From an uncultured Bdellovibrionales bacterium (lineage in GTDB: Bacteria; Patescibacteriota; Minisyncoccia; Moranbacterales; UBA1568): a DNA stretch of 64,000 nt. The position numbers and the translations under genes are program-made. Below, in pieces: positions 38,995-47,739 of this stretch; positions within the stretch are counted from its first letter, which is position 1, and every line of letters begins with the position of its first letter. The stretch covers positions 205,056 to 269,055 of the forward strand of contig CAZCNN010000001.1 of the NCBI GenBank assembly GCA_964500505.1, in the 5' to 3' direction. Under the pieces are notes generated by a model. That model was not told where the DNA came from and did not search any database. It saw nothing but the letters and a program-made list of their open reading frames with translations.

Positions 38995-39065
38995 CGTTCA
39001 CCCCTGTGAAATACGATATTATCGTGACCACAAGCTTTAGCTTATGGTATTTCACAGGGTAAACG
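38995..39065. repeat. Y-shaped inverted-repeat element, copy 1
   Basis: TTCA-CCCCTGTGAAATAC ... GTATTTCACAGGG-TAAAC enclosing two small hairpins. Confidence 0.7.
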
Positions 39066-39138
39066 AAAAATGGCTTTAAAGCAAGATTTCCATGGTAATT
39101 TAGGCACCAACCACAATCTCGTATTGTCGCTAAGAAAG

Positions 39139-39171
39139 AAAAAAGACGTCCTTGAGATTTCAAGAACGCCT
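39139..39171 (-). terminator. Terminator after the 54-aa ORF
   Basis: AGGCGTTCTTGA-AATC-TCAAGGACGTCT followed by a T-run on minus. Confidence 0.8.
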
Positions 39172-39197
39172 CAAATGTTTGGGCGAGATTCCGCCAC

Positions 39198-39362
39198 TCA
39201 ATCAATCGACCAGAGACATGGCCAGTGTCTCGGTGACATGGCTCTATCTTCTTCACTCGGCTCTGCGGGCTGGACTTCCTCTACCGCTGCCTCATCCTGC
39301 ACCGGAGGCGAAGCATCGAGAGCAAGCAACCGCAGTTCCCGAGCGTTAGCGATTTCAAACAT
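39198..39362 (-). CDS. Small acidic hypothetical protein (54 aa)
   Basis: MFEIANARELRLLALDASPPVQDEAAVEEVQPAEPSEEDRAMSPRHWPCLWSID; GGAG SD; bounded by the attenuator and a terminator. Confidence 0.6.
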   Translation of the reverse strand: MFEIANARELRLLALDASPPVQDEAAVEEVQPAEPSEEDRAMSPRHWPCLWSID

Positions 39363-39393
39363 GACCCTACTCCAGTTGGTAAGTTGCGACAAC

Positions 39394-39431
39394 AAAAAAG
39401 CCGGTCTTGCTCTGGGGCGAGACCGGCTTCT
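39394..39431 (-). terminator. Attenuator terminator (3:4 stem)
   Basis: AGAAGCCGGTCTCGC-CCCAGA-GCAAGACCGGCTTTTTT. Confidence 0.85.
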
Positions 39432-39452
39432 GTCTACTGTTTCACTTCTTCA

Positions 39453-39557
39453 TCATCCGCGTGTAACAGCAAAAAGAAATCGACCTCGCTTCTCCCAGAA
39501 GAAGAAGCCAGTCATAAACATGAAACACATGGAAATGGTAGTCGAAATTTGTTGCAT
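39453..39557 (-). CDS. Putative Phe/Met-rich leader peptide (34 aa)
   Basis: MQQISTTISMCFMFMTGFFFWEKRGRFLFAVTRG*; directly downstream of a consensus promoter and overlapping the alternative stems. Confidence 0.6.
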   Translation of the reverse strand: MQQISTTISMCFMFMTGFFFWEKRGRFLFAVTRG

Positions 39558-39569
39558 AAATGTATTCTC

Positions 39570-39598
39570 AAATTATCAAGACAAGGAGAAAGTGTCAA
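39570..39598 (-). promoter_or_regulatory. Sigma70-type promoter of the leader/attenuator unit
   Basis: TTGACA-N17-TAATTT with extended -10 TG. Confidence 0.7.
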
Positions 39599-39649
39599 CT
39601 CCATACATGAAACAATCCTCCACCAAAGTCGAGACTCGGCCTACGACCT

Positions 39650-40303
39650 CTAACGCAAAAATTCAATGGACTTCAGAAGTGGTTCAGCATTATGCGTAAG
39701 TTCAAACACAAAGCCTGCATTCTCTAGAAACCAACGGTCTGAACAAATACTCGGCATCTCACCAACGACTGACTCATCTTCCGGACACCGTAACGCGTAC
39801 GCTTGCTTCCCATATATATCAACCGGACCTTCCAACACAAAATCAGTAGTAGGGGCAATTTCCTTTTGTTTGGCAGTCACGAAATCTAATAAACTCCCTT
39901 CCCAAGGGGTAATGACAATACCAGAAACCGTATTAAAACTAAAAGTACCAGACTGCATATCCGAGGATTGCGGACAATTCATGGAAATATCTATATATGC
40001 AATTTGAGTGAGGGTATCAATATATGGTTTATAAAAGCATACTCCTTCTCCTTGATGCTTTTCTGGATATGTAAATTTGAATCCAAACTCACTACTGGTG
40101 TAAGATAGCAAACCCACCTCTTCTGTTGCTGGATTGACGTCTTTCTTCTGCGAATCTTGTATTATTTTTTCTGTACTAGCAACCTGATAGTACATCGGTT
40201 CTTGACTATTATCTTTTTCAATAATCCAAACGAAATAGCCAGCAGTAAAAGCCATGACAAGTAATACTGCGGTCCCGAGGCCTGTTGAGACTTTTTGATT
40301 CAT
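39650..40303 (-). CDS. Membrane-anchored hypothetical protein, PsbP-like
   Basis: N-terminal TM; YTSSEFGFKFTYP and C-terminal LLKSIEF motifs similar to ORF 2808-3473. Confidence 0.65.
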   Translation of the reverse strand: MNQKVSTGLGTAVLLVMAFTAGYFVWIIEKDNSQEPMYYQVASTEKIIQDSQKKDVNPATEEVGLLSYTSSEFGFKFTYPEKHQGEGVCFYKPYIDTLTQIAYIDISMNCPQSSDMQSGTFSFNTVSGIVITPWEGSLLDFVTAKQKEIAPTTDFVLEGPVDIYGKQAYALRCPEDESVVGEMPSICSDRWFLENAGFVFELTHNAEPLLKSIEFLR

Positions 40304-40344
40304 AATATTTTATCTCTATTTTATATACTATACCATAAAAAATT

Positions 40345-41994
40345 CTACCAATCCCCGCGTTCGGGGTGGTCTTCGGTGAGCGTGGCGGCTTCGGGCTGGC
40401 GGAGGACGCGACAGAGAACAAAGCGCTTGATGCGACCGAGTTCTTCCACTTTGAGGAGATAGGCGAAGAGGACGTAAGCACCACCACCGATGGTAAAGCC
40501 AAGCGCCAGCTGGAGGAATACCTCGATAAACGTATCGAGTTCATTGGTGGTGAGAGCAAAGACAGACTTGGATATCTGAGCGACTGCCCCAGCGAGGAGC
40601 GAGGCGAGAAGGATCTTGGCTACCGGCACCACGATGAGCTTGTCCTCCCAAAATGAGAGCTGCCGACGGAGAAAAAAATACAGAAGACCGAAGTTGAGGA
40701 TGGTGCTCACAGAAAAAGCGATGGCTAGTCCCTCAACCTGGTAGAGAGGGAGGAGGAATGGAATAAGCGCGATATGGACTGCTTCACTCACAAGCGCGAT
40801 GTACAGTGGAGTCTTGGTGTTCTGAAGGGCAAAGAAAGCTCGGGCAAAGAGTGGGATGAGACTCTGAGCAAAGAGGGAGAGGGCGAGGAACTTGAGGATC
40901 TCAAAAGTCGTGATGGTATCCTGCCAGTCGAAGTTGCCGGACCCGAGAATAACACGGACACACTGGGCGCGAAAGATAATGATAAAGATCGAAAGTGGGA
41001 CGACAAAGAAAAGTATTTTACGAGCCGTCTCGGCAAACATCCGGAAAAAATCTCGATCACTTTTCTTGGCAGCAAAAAGAGCGAGCGCCGGAAAGACTGC
41101 GAGCGAAAACGCGATGCCAAAGAGTCCAAGGGGCACACTCTGGATGTTATTGGCGAGGGTAAATGAGGCCAAGCTCCCCGACACCAGGGTCGAGGCGAAA
41201 ACGGTCATCACGAGAAGTCCTACCTGATTGACGGCCATACCGAGTGAACGAGGAATCATGAGCGTGAGCACTCGTCTCACGTTTGTATCATGCCAGGCAG
41301 AGAACATCCGAAAGCGAAATCCGGCTCGCCGTATCGCCGGATACTGCACCACGAGATGGAACGCTGACCCGAGTACGACTCCCCAGGCCAAGCCCATCGG
41401 TCCAAAATACTGCGACAAAACTACTGCCCCAATAATGATACCGATATTGTAGAAAACTGGCGCGAAGGAATAGGCAGCAAATTGCTTGAAGGACACGAGT
41501 ACTCCCCCAAATACCGCGCTCGCAGCCAAGAAAAGTGGCGAGAGAAGCATGATACGGGTGAGGTCAGTCACCAGAGCCTGCTTCTCGGGAGCAAAGCCTG
41601 GCGCCAGAACATCAGTGATAAAGGGAGCAAAAAGAATACCAAGAAGTGAGAATGCTCCGATAGAAAAGAGTGTGGTGTGAAGTACACCTGAAGTGAGCTT
41701 CCAGGCTTCTGCCTCTTTGTCCTTGGCTATGAGCTCAGTAAAAATAGGGACAAAGGCAGCTGAGAGTGCCCCAAGCACGAGAAATCCATACACCAAGTCT
41801 GGGAGTCGAAAGGCAGCATAGTAGGCATCCAAAATATCCCCGGCTCCAAACGTAGAAGCGAGGACACGGTCCCTGATAAACCCTAAGAATCGACTCGCAA
41901 TCCCCGCAAACGCAATGAGGAGCGCTGCCGTACCGACGGTGGCGCTTGGAGTGCTCCCGAGTGAAGCAAAGTAATGATAGAGTCGCTTGATCAT
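40345..41994 (-). CDS. murJ: Lipid II flippase MurJ (MviN)
   Basis: SRFLGFIRD, DAYYAAFRLPD, SAAFVP, RAFFALQNTKTP. Confidence 0.93.
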   Translation of the reverse strand: MIKRLYHYFASLGSTPSATVGTAALLIAFAGIASRFLGFIRDRVLASTFGAGDILDAYYAAFRLPDLVYGFLVLGALSAAFVPIFTELIAKDKEAEAWKLTSGVLHTTLFSIGAFSLLGILFAPFITDVLAPGFAPEKQALVTDLTRIMLLSPLFLAASAVFGGVLVSFKQFAAYSFAPVFYNIGIIIGAVVLSQYFGPMGLAWGVVLGSAFHLVVQYPAIRRAGFRFRMFSAWHDTNVRRVLTLMIPRSLGMAVNQVGLLVMTVFASTLVSGSLASFTLANNIQSVPLGLFGIAFSLAVFPALALFAAKKSDRDFFRMFAETARKILFFVVPLSIFIIIFRAQCVRVILGSGNFDWQDTITTFEILKFLALSLFAQSLIPLFARAFFALQNTKTPLYIALVSEAVHIALIPFLLPLYQVEGLAIAFSVSTILNFGLLYFFLRRQLSFWEDKLIVVPVAKILLASLLAGAVAQISKSVFALTTNELDTFIEVFLQLALGFTIGGGAYVLFAYLLKVEELGRIKRFVLCRVLRQPEAATLTEDHPERGDW

Positions 41995-42006
41995 GAGAAA
42001 AAAATG

Positions 42007-44142
42007 CTAACGTTTGCCAAAAACAAGCCCCTGATACTCATCGGTCACGAGCGTTGTTTCGCGACGCCATTCCCGTCCATACGGTACCAGATTCGGCTCC
42101 GTCTGCCAAATAACCGAAAATTCCTCTGGCACCGAGAGGGTCGAAACAAGCACACTCCCTGGTGAGCCAGACTGCTTCTGATAGAGTACGGAGTACGATT
42201 GTGGATCACTAGCCCCCAGGGCCGAGACATCAATAGTAAACGGGAGCCGGTAGCGATACTCCACTGTCACTGACTCCTTGGGACTGACATAGACCCAAGC
42301 TCCAAAGACGGTCTTCCCGGCATCTTCCGAAATACGCACACCACTCTCATCGTCGATCGTCTGTCCCGCTTCTTCACGCACCACATCGGCATCACGCCGA
42401 AATCCGAGTCGCTCATAATCGAGAGGCTCCGGTGGAAACTCCCGAGTCGTTCCACTAGTCGACAAAAGTTCTGATCCTTTTGGTACATAGACTCGCAGGT
42501 AGTCCGCATTGACTCGATTCCACCAGTCGTACGGCGTATCACCTCCACGGTGGGTCCGAGTAATAGTGACCGTATCAGTAATCGAGCCATCACTCGCTAT
42601 CTCCGCTCGGTGTTTGATCGTTTCATCGATCACGCCATCAGTCTTGTAGCCATTGATGTTGCTATGGATAACCGAGAGATAGTCTTTGCTCGTGGCGAGT
42701 ACTCTCCCCGACCATCCGATCTCATCGATAAGCCTCTCCGTCGGCTCGTGGCGTGCGTACATGAGGATATGCTTCTCATTGAGACCAGCCATGAGCGCCT
42801 CGGCAATGCGGCGAGAGGTCGCCCTGTCCTGGAGTGCAAAGACTCGTGAGATGAGCTCTCGTGAGAGATCGACGAGTATCTTCTTCGGCTCATTCAACTC
42901 TTTGTCGTACTTGACCTCAACCTGTTCCTGAATAACGGGGATAAAATTGTCTGCATCCACCGTCACCCCATACTGGGGCAGATCGATTGGCCCGATAACC
43001 GCGAGGAGTTTTTGCATCACGGTCGGCGTGAGTGTGATGACACCGTCCACGGTGGGTCCACCTGTTTTCTCGTAAAAGAAGATGGCTTTTTCGGCAGCGG
43101 TCGGAAAGTCCGGTGACCAATTGCTGTCATGGAGACTCCAGCCGGCACTAATCTTTTGAATGGGTTTCGGTGGAACGATATTTACTTTGAGCTGACCATC
43201 GGGATTGAATATACCATCGACAAAAAAACGTCGAATGACTCCCAGGTTCACATCGACCAGGGCATAACTCCCAATAAATCCACCTGTCGCTCGAAGCTCG
43301 TGATTGTTCTGGAGGAGAAAAAGATAGGTCCGTGGACCGTTGCCCCCAAGGAGCTCTTCGATCAAGGCATCATTTTTTTCAAACCCCCGAAGGAGATCGG
43401 TGAGTATCGGCAGACTCTCTCGAACCGTCAGAAATTTACTTCGTTTGTCTTCGGGGATGTCGGAGAGATTGACCCCTTCAAGCTTGGCACTCGCTGCCTC
43501 AAGCGACTGGCGTGTCAGAGCGAGCGGCTCACGTGCCTGTTCAAAGAGACTAATGAGCGACACCTTTTCACCTGCCGCGTAAATGTCTTTGGAGACCATG
43601 AGCTGCTCCACCAGGATTGCCATCGGTACGCCCGCCTGAGCAAAATGGGCTCCCGCTTCAATCACCAACTTTCCCGAGGCTATCGGCGTAAGGCCAGGAA
43701 TGAAACGCAGGTATTCGATGAGTCCCGATCCAGGAAATGACAGGTACTGATCGGCAGCTGCAAAGTACTGTGAAGCACTCTCGAGCTCGAGGATGGCAGT
43801 ATCATAGTCTCTCTGCCGGAGCGCTCTTTCAGCGTGCATGAGCGACTCATAGCCAGCTTCCCCCTGGCTCATGATATCGGATTTGACCCGAAGAATCTCT
43901 TTACCCCCCATGAAACACCCTACGCAAAGAAGGGCGAATGCTAGGACAACGAACACTCGCGGTGTCCGAGACGCCCGCTTGGGCCGTGGCGACACGGGAG
44001 GCATCGTGACCGCCAAATGGTTCGGAGAAACAGGGACACGAGGCGGTCGCGGAGCCACCAGGAGGACTGGCGCAGGTGCAAGAGTCGGACGTGACATGTC
44101 CGACAAAGTAGCCCGGGGTTTAAGAGAGTATGGTTGAGGCAT
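42007..44142 (-). CDS. DUF4012 domain-containing membrane protein
   Basis: LLQNNHELRATGGFIGSY, DSNWSPDFP, C-terminal QKQSG. Confidence 0.85.
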   Translation of the reverse strand: MPQPYSLKPRATLSDMSRPTLAPAPVLLVAPRPPRVPVSPNHLAVTMPPVSPRPKRASRTPRVFVVLAFALLCVGCFMGGKEILRVKSDIMSQGEAGYESLMHAERALRQRDYDTAILELESASQYFAAADQYLSFPGSGLIEYLRFIPGLTPIASGKLVIEAGAHFAQAGVPMAILVEQLMVSKDIYAAGEKVSLISLFEQAREPLALTRQSLEAASAKLEGVNLSDIPEDKRSKFLTVRESLPILTDLLRGFEKNDALIEELLGGNGPRTYLFLLQNNHELRATGGFIGSYALVDVNLGVIRRFFVDGIFNPDGQLKVNIVPPKPIQKISAGWSLHDSNWSPDFPTAAEKAIFFYEKTGGPTVDGVITLTPTVMQKLLAVIGPIDLPQYGVTVDADNFIPVIQEQVEVKYDKELNEPKKILVDLSRELISRVFALQDRATSRRIAEALMAGLNEKHILMYARHEPTERLIDEIGWSGRVLATSKDYLSVIHSNINGYKTDGVIDETIKHRAEIASDGSITDTVTITRTHRGGDTPYDWWNRVNADYLRVYVPKGSELLSTSGTTREFPPEPLDYERLGFRRDADVVREEAGQTIDDESGVRISEDAGKTVFGAWVYVSPKESVTVEYRYRLPFTIDVSALGASDPQSYSVLYQKQSGSPGSVLVSTLSVPEEFSVIWQTEPNLVPYGREWRRETTLVTDEYQGLVFGKR

Positions 44143-45313
44143 GAGAATCTGTAGGATTGATTATTGTATTGGCGTGGGCCTGGTAGAGCGCAAGGGTCAG
44201 AGTCGCCATCGTTCTAAAACTATAGCGAGCGACCTGGCGATAGCCACGCTCTCGAAGAATCTCCACGTATGATCGATCCGTCGTGATGCGATGTAGCGCC
44301 GAAATCAGTGCCTCTCCGTTCTTTGATTCATAATAGGAGGCTGCTTCACCGAGGATCTCAGGGAGCGAGCCAGCTTCTGAAGCGACCACGACCGCTCCGC
44401 GACTCATCGCCTCAAGTGGTGGCAAGCCAAAACCTTCGTAGAGCGATGGAAAGACGTAGGCACGAGAAAATCGATAGAGTGGGGAGAGCTCGCGGTCCGT
44501 CAAAAAACCGGTAAAAATAACATTCGTGAGCCCGAGCTCCTCTGTCTTCTCACGAAGTCGTTGATAAAAGAAATCCGCTTTGCCGACCAGTACGAGACGA
44601 TACGTCGGAAACGCTCTCGCCACTGCAAACAGAATCTCGAGATTCTTGTGTGGATACGCATTGCCGACATAGAGAAAATATGGGACGACTGCCTCCAGTA
44701 TATCATGAGACGTTCCAGAAATGAGTGAGAGTCGCTCAAAGAGCCTCCGGGTTTCTTCTGCCCCGCTCCACTCACAAGACAGCTCCGCTCCTTCATAGGT
44801 CACCGTAATTTTCCCCGCGCTCAAGGGATACGTGGCGAGGAGATCGGCTTCGGTAAAGTGAGAGACTGTGATAATCGATCGGGCCCGAGCGATAGCCGAA
44901 GCAATAACAAGACGGTAGACGAGAAACTTAGCCCAGTAAAGTGGCGCCCATCGGGTAGTGTTCCGGAGCGTCGGATAGTGCACCAAGATAAGATCATGGA
45001 TCGTTACGACAAACGGTCGTCGATAGAGGAGCGGTACATTGAAATGTGGGAAATGCACCAGATCAAACCGAAATCGATACAAGAGCATGACAAAGAGCGT
45101 CTGCTCAGAGAGACCATACCAGGCATACTGAGCCACTACCTTCCGAAACCGCGGTGAACGAGGTATATATTCGTCGAAGTTTTCTCGACGCAGAAATACA
45201 ACATACTCATTGTCAGTGTCGATCGCTTCGAGATGTAGAATAAGCTTCTCGGTATACCGTCCCAAGCCCTTGCCGAGTGATCCATAAAAGCGTGCGTCAA
45301 TACCGATGCGCAT
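44120..45313 (-). CDS. GT4 family glycosyltransferase
   Basis: MRIGIDAR, GNAYPHKN, EGFGLPPLEAM. Confidence 0.92.
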   Translation of the reverse strand: MRIGIDARFYGSLGKGLGRYTEKLILHLEAIDTDNEYVVFLRRENFDEYIPRSPRFRKVVAQYAWYGLSEQTLFVMLLYRFRFDLVHFPHFNVPLLYRRPFVVTIHDLILVHYPTLRNTTRWAPLYWAKFLVYRLVIASAIARARSIITVSHFTEADLLATYPLSAGKITVTYEGAELSCEWSGAEETRRLFERLSLISGTSHDILEAVVPYFLYVGNAYPHKNLEILFAVARAFPTYRLVLVGKADFFYQRLREKTEELGLTNVIFTGFLTDRELSPLYRFSRAYVFPSLYEGFGLPPLEAMSRGAVVVASEAGSLPEILGEAASYYESKNGEALISALHRITTDRSYVEILRERGYRQVARYSFRTMATLTLALYQAHANTIINPTDSHASTILS

Positions 45314-45323
45314 ATGACTATAA

Positions 45324-46013
45324 CTATGAACGAAGCGTCTTCCCCTTCCCTTCAAACATGTAGAGGAGGAGCGCCTGTGAAACGAGAATCTTGAACACGT
45401 CACTATCCTCAATACGGTTGACTGTTTTCCCAAAAACCAAAAATGCAGAGACACCTCTCGCCTGGCGCGGAGATCGGACTACCGCGCGATCATTGGTCTG
45501 CCAAAAATACTTGCCTTCTGCCAAGAGCTCGGCCGCGGTGAGCGACTGCGCAAAAAAGTTGGCGCCATTTTTTTCATACACGCACTCCATAGTTTTGTTG
45601 CGAGTGTGCACAAAGCAGAGCGCCACCTGATCCGTTTTGCCCAGGAGACTCACCGTTTCAAGGAGTGAGGTATAGATATTGCTCTCATCCTTCAGTGCCA
45701 CTGCCGTGACCTTGGGCAAATCAAAAATAAAGTCCTGCACGATATCAAGCTTGCGATTCATCTCACCGATATACGAGTAGGAATCAGAGAGATCGCGCGT
45801 GATGAGCGAGGTTTGCTTTTCCAAGTGAAGCTTCTCCCGAATGAGCTTGAGGAGCGTTTTTTCTTTGGCCAAGTAGATCATGAACCCGAAGGCTCCAAAA
45901 CAAAAAATGAGGAGCGCCTCGATATCTTCTTCACGAAGAAGTCCGACCTCCCGCGCGATAAACTGTGGCGTCAAGATAGCCAAAACAAACAGCGTGAGGT
46001 AGATCCAGTACAT
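45324..46013 (-). CDS. Hypothetical protein, two N-terminal TMs plus coiled coil and possible GAF-like domain
   Basis: Hydropathy pattern; SYSYIGEMNRK segment; operon position. Confidence 0.7.
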   Translation of the reverse strand: MYWIYLTLFVLAILTPQFIAREVGLLREEDIEALLIFCFGAFGFMIYLAKEKTLLKLIREKLHLEKQTSLITRDLSDSYSYIGEMNRKLDIVQDFIFDLPKVTAVALKDESNIYTSLLETVSLLGKTDQVALCFVHTRNKTMECVYEKNGANFFAQSLTAAELLAEGKYFWQTNDRAVVRSPRQARGVSAFLVFGKTVNRIEDSDVFKILVSQALLLYMFEGKGKTLRS

Positions 46014-46039
46014 AGATTGAGATGAATGGCCCTAATGGG

Positions 46040-46924
46040 TTACCCCTTGCTCACGATGTCTCTCATGTAGTCTTTGACCTGGTCCCCAATATCTTTGCGT
46101 TCCACGGCATAAGCGAGGATGGTCATCATATAGTTCAAGGGATCGCCGGTCGTCATCCACTGACCTCCCTCCACTGTCTTGGCATAAAAGGTCCCGCCCT
46201 TCTCGATGTAGTTGTGGATAGCATCCACCAGCCAGAGTTCGTTACCCTTCCCCAACGCAGTTGTTTTGAGAATGTCCAGTATTTCTTGATTGAGGATATA
46301 ACGACCGAATCCAGCGAGTCGCGACGGCGCTTCTTCTTGTGACGGCTTTTCGATGATATTTCTCACCTGCATCGTCTCAGGATCGACGTCGACGATACCA
46401 TATTTGGACACCTCGCTCTGTGGTACTTCTTGTACACCGAGCATCGGCTGACCATGCTTGTTGTACTCATCAACCATCTGCTTGGTAAATGAAACATCGG
46501 ACTTGACCAAGTCATCACCAAAGCAGTAGATGAACGGTTCATCGTCAACCAGGCTCGCAGCCGAAAGTGCCGGTGTCCCATTGCCATAGGGGCCCTTCTG
46601 ACGAATATGGACGAAATTGGCGAGCTCCGCGATACGATGAACCTGCTCGTACCGTTCCTCCTTACCATTCTTCCGGAGGTCATCCTCGAGGGCGGTAGAA
46701 TAGTCAAAGTGATCCTCGAGCGGTTTCTTGTCCCAACGCGTCACAAAGATGATATCCTCGATACCTGCTTCGACGAGCTCCTCGACGACGAGCTGGATGA
46801 TTGGCTTGTCGACAATAGGGAGCATCTCCTTGGGCATCGATTTAGTCGCAGGCAGGAGTCGGGTACCACTCCCGGCGACGGCGATGATAGCTTTCTTAAT
46901 TTTCTGGATTGGCGCTTGGGACAT
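46040..46924 (-). CDS. galU: UTP--glucose-1-phosphate uridylyltransferase
   Basis: AGSGTRLLPATKSMPKEMLPIVDKP. Confidence 0.9.
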   Translation of the reverse strand: MSQAPIQKIKKAIIAVAGSGTRLLPATKSMPKEMLPIVDKPIIQLVVEELVEAGIEDIIFVTRWDKKPLEDHFDYSTALEDDLRKNGKEERYEQVHRIAELANFVHIRQKGPYGNGTPALSAASLVDDEPFIYCFGDDLVKSDVSFTKQMVDEYNKHGQPMLGVQEVPQSEVSKYGIVDVDPETMQVRNIIEKPSQEEAPSRLAGFGRYILNQEILDILKTTALGKGNELWLVDAIHNYIEKGGTFYAKTVEGGQWMTTGDPLNYMMTILAYAVERKDIGDQVKDYMRDIVSKG

Positions 46925-46934
46925 AGTCGCGTTC

Positions 46935-47729
46935 TTACTTCTTAATTGACACTATCTTCTTATACTCGGCGGTAAACTCAGCAATAGCCTCGTTGATCAT
47001 GGGGTGCATCCGGCGACCGAGTTCTTTCTCCCGAGCAAATGTCCCGGCCTCATAGAGCGACTCGTGTGTCCCGGTATCAAACCAGGCGCCCTCTATGACG
47101 CGGACATCGAGCGCGCCCTCTCCAAGGTAGTGACGCTGGAGATCAGTGATCTCGAGTTCACCCCGCTCTGAGGGTTTGAGAGTCTTGGCGACCTCGATAG
47201 CCCGCCCATCAAAGATATAGACACCCGGGATAGCATAGCGACTCTTGGGGGCGACTGGCTTTTCTTCGATCGATATGACCGTTTGGTCCGGAGCAAACTC
47301 AACGACACCAAACCGCTCCGGATCACTCACTTCTTTGGCAAAGATGCGCCCGCCCTTTTCAAAGGTCTGGATTGCTTCAGTAAAGTCATCTTCAAAAATA
47401 TTGTCCCCCAGGACGAGGGTCGATGGCTCACCATCGAGAAAGTCCTCAGCCAACACATAGGCCTCGGCCAATCCACGAGGCGCCTTTTGTACCACAAATG
47501 ACAGGTTCACACCAAACTTGCGGAAAAGTGAACCCAAGAGGTTGAGGTAGCTCCCGGAGTGCTCGGGTGACACGATGATGAGGATATCTCTGATACCGGC
47601 TTTGATGAGGGTATCGAGCGGATAGAAAATCATCGGGCGGTCATAGACCGGGAGGAGCTGCTTTGAGGTGATAGCCGTGAGCGGGAGGAGTCGCGTCCCA
47701 GTCCCACCGGCGAGAATGATGCCTTTCAT
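46935..47729 (-). CDS. rfbA: Glucose-1-phosphate thymidylyltransferase
   Basis: GIILAGGTGTRLLPLT..SKQLLPVYD, RGELEITD, WFDTGT. Confidence 0.88.
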   Translation of the reverse strand: MKGIILAGGTGTRLLPLTAITSKQLLPVYDRPMIFYPLDTLIKAGIRDILIIVSPEHSGSYLNLLGSLFRKFGVNLSFVVQKAPRGLAEAYVLAEDFLDGEPSTLVLGDNIFEDDFTEAIQTFEKGGRIFAKEVSDPERFGVVEFAPDQTVISIEEKPVAPKSRYAIPGVYIFDGRAIEVAKTLKPSERGELEITDLQRHYLGEGALDVRVIEGAWFDTGTHESLYEAGTFAREKELGRRMHPMINEAIAEFTAEYKKIVSIKK

Positions 47730-47739
47730 AGTGTTGTAT

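Noticed and set aside
37406-39040. 544-aa plus-strand ORF
   Set aside because: Antisense shadow of lepA with no recognisable motifs. The same applies to the long antisense ORFs over dnaJ, glyA, recJ and the GTs.
39070-39699. 209-aa plus-strand ORF
   Set aside because: It crosses two minus-strand terminators and a minus-strand promoter; all signals here point to minus-strand transcription.
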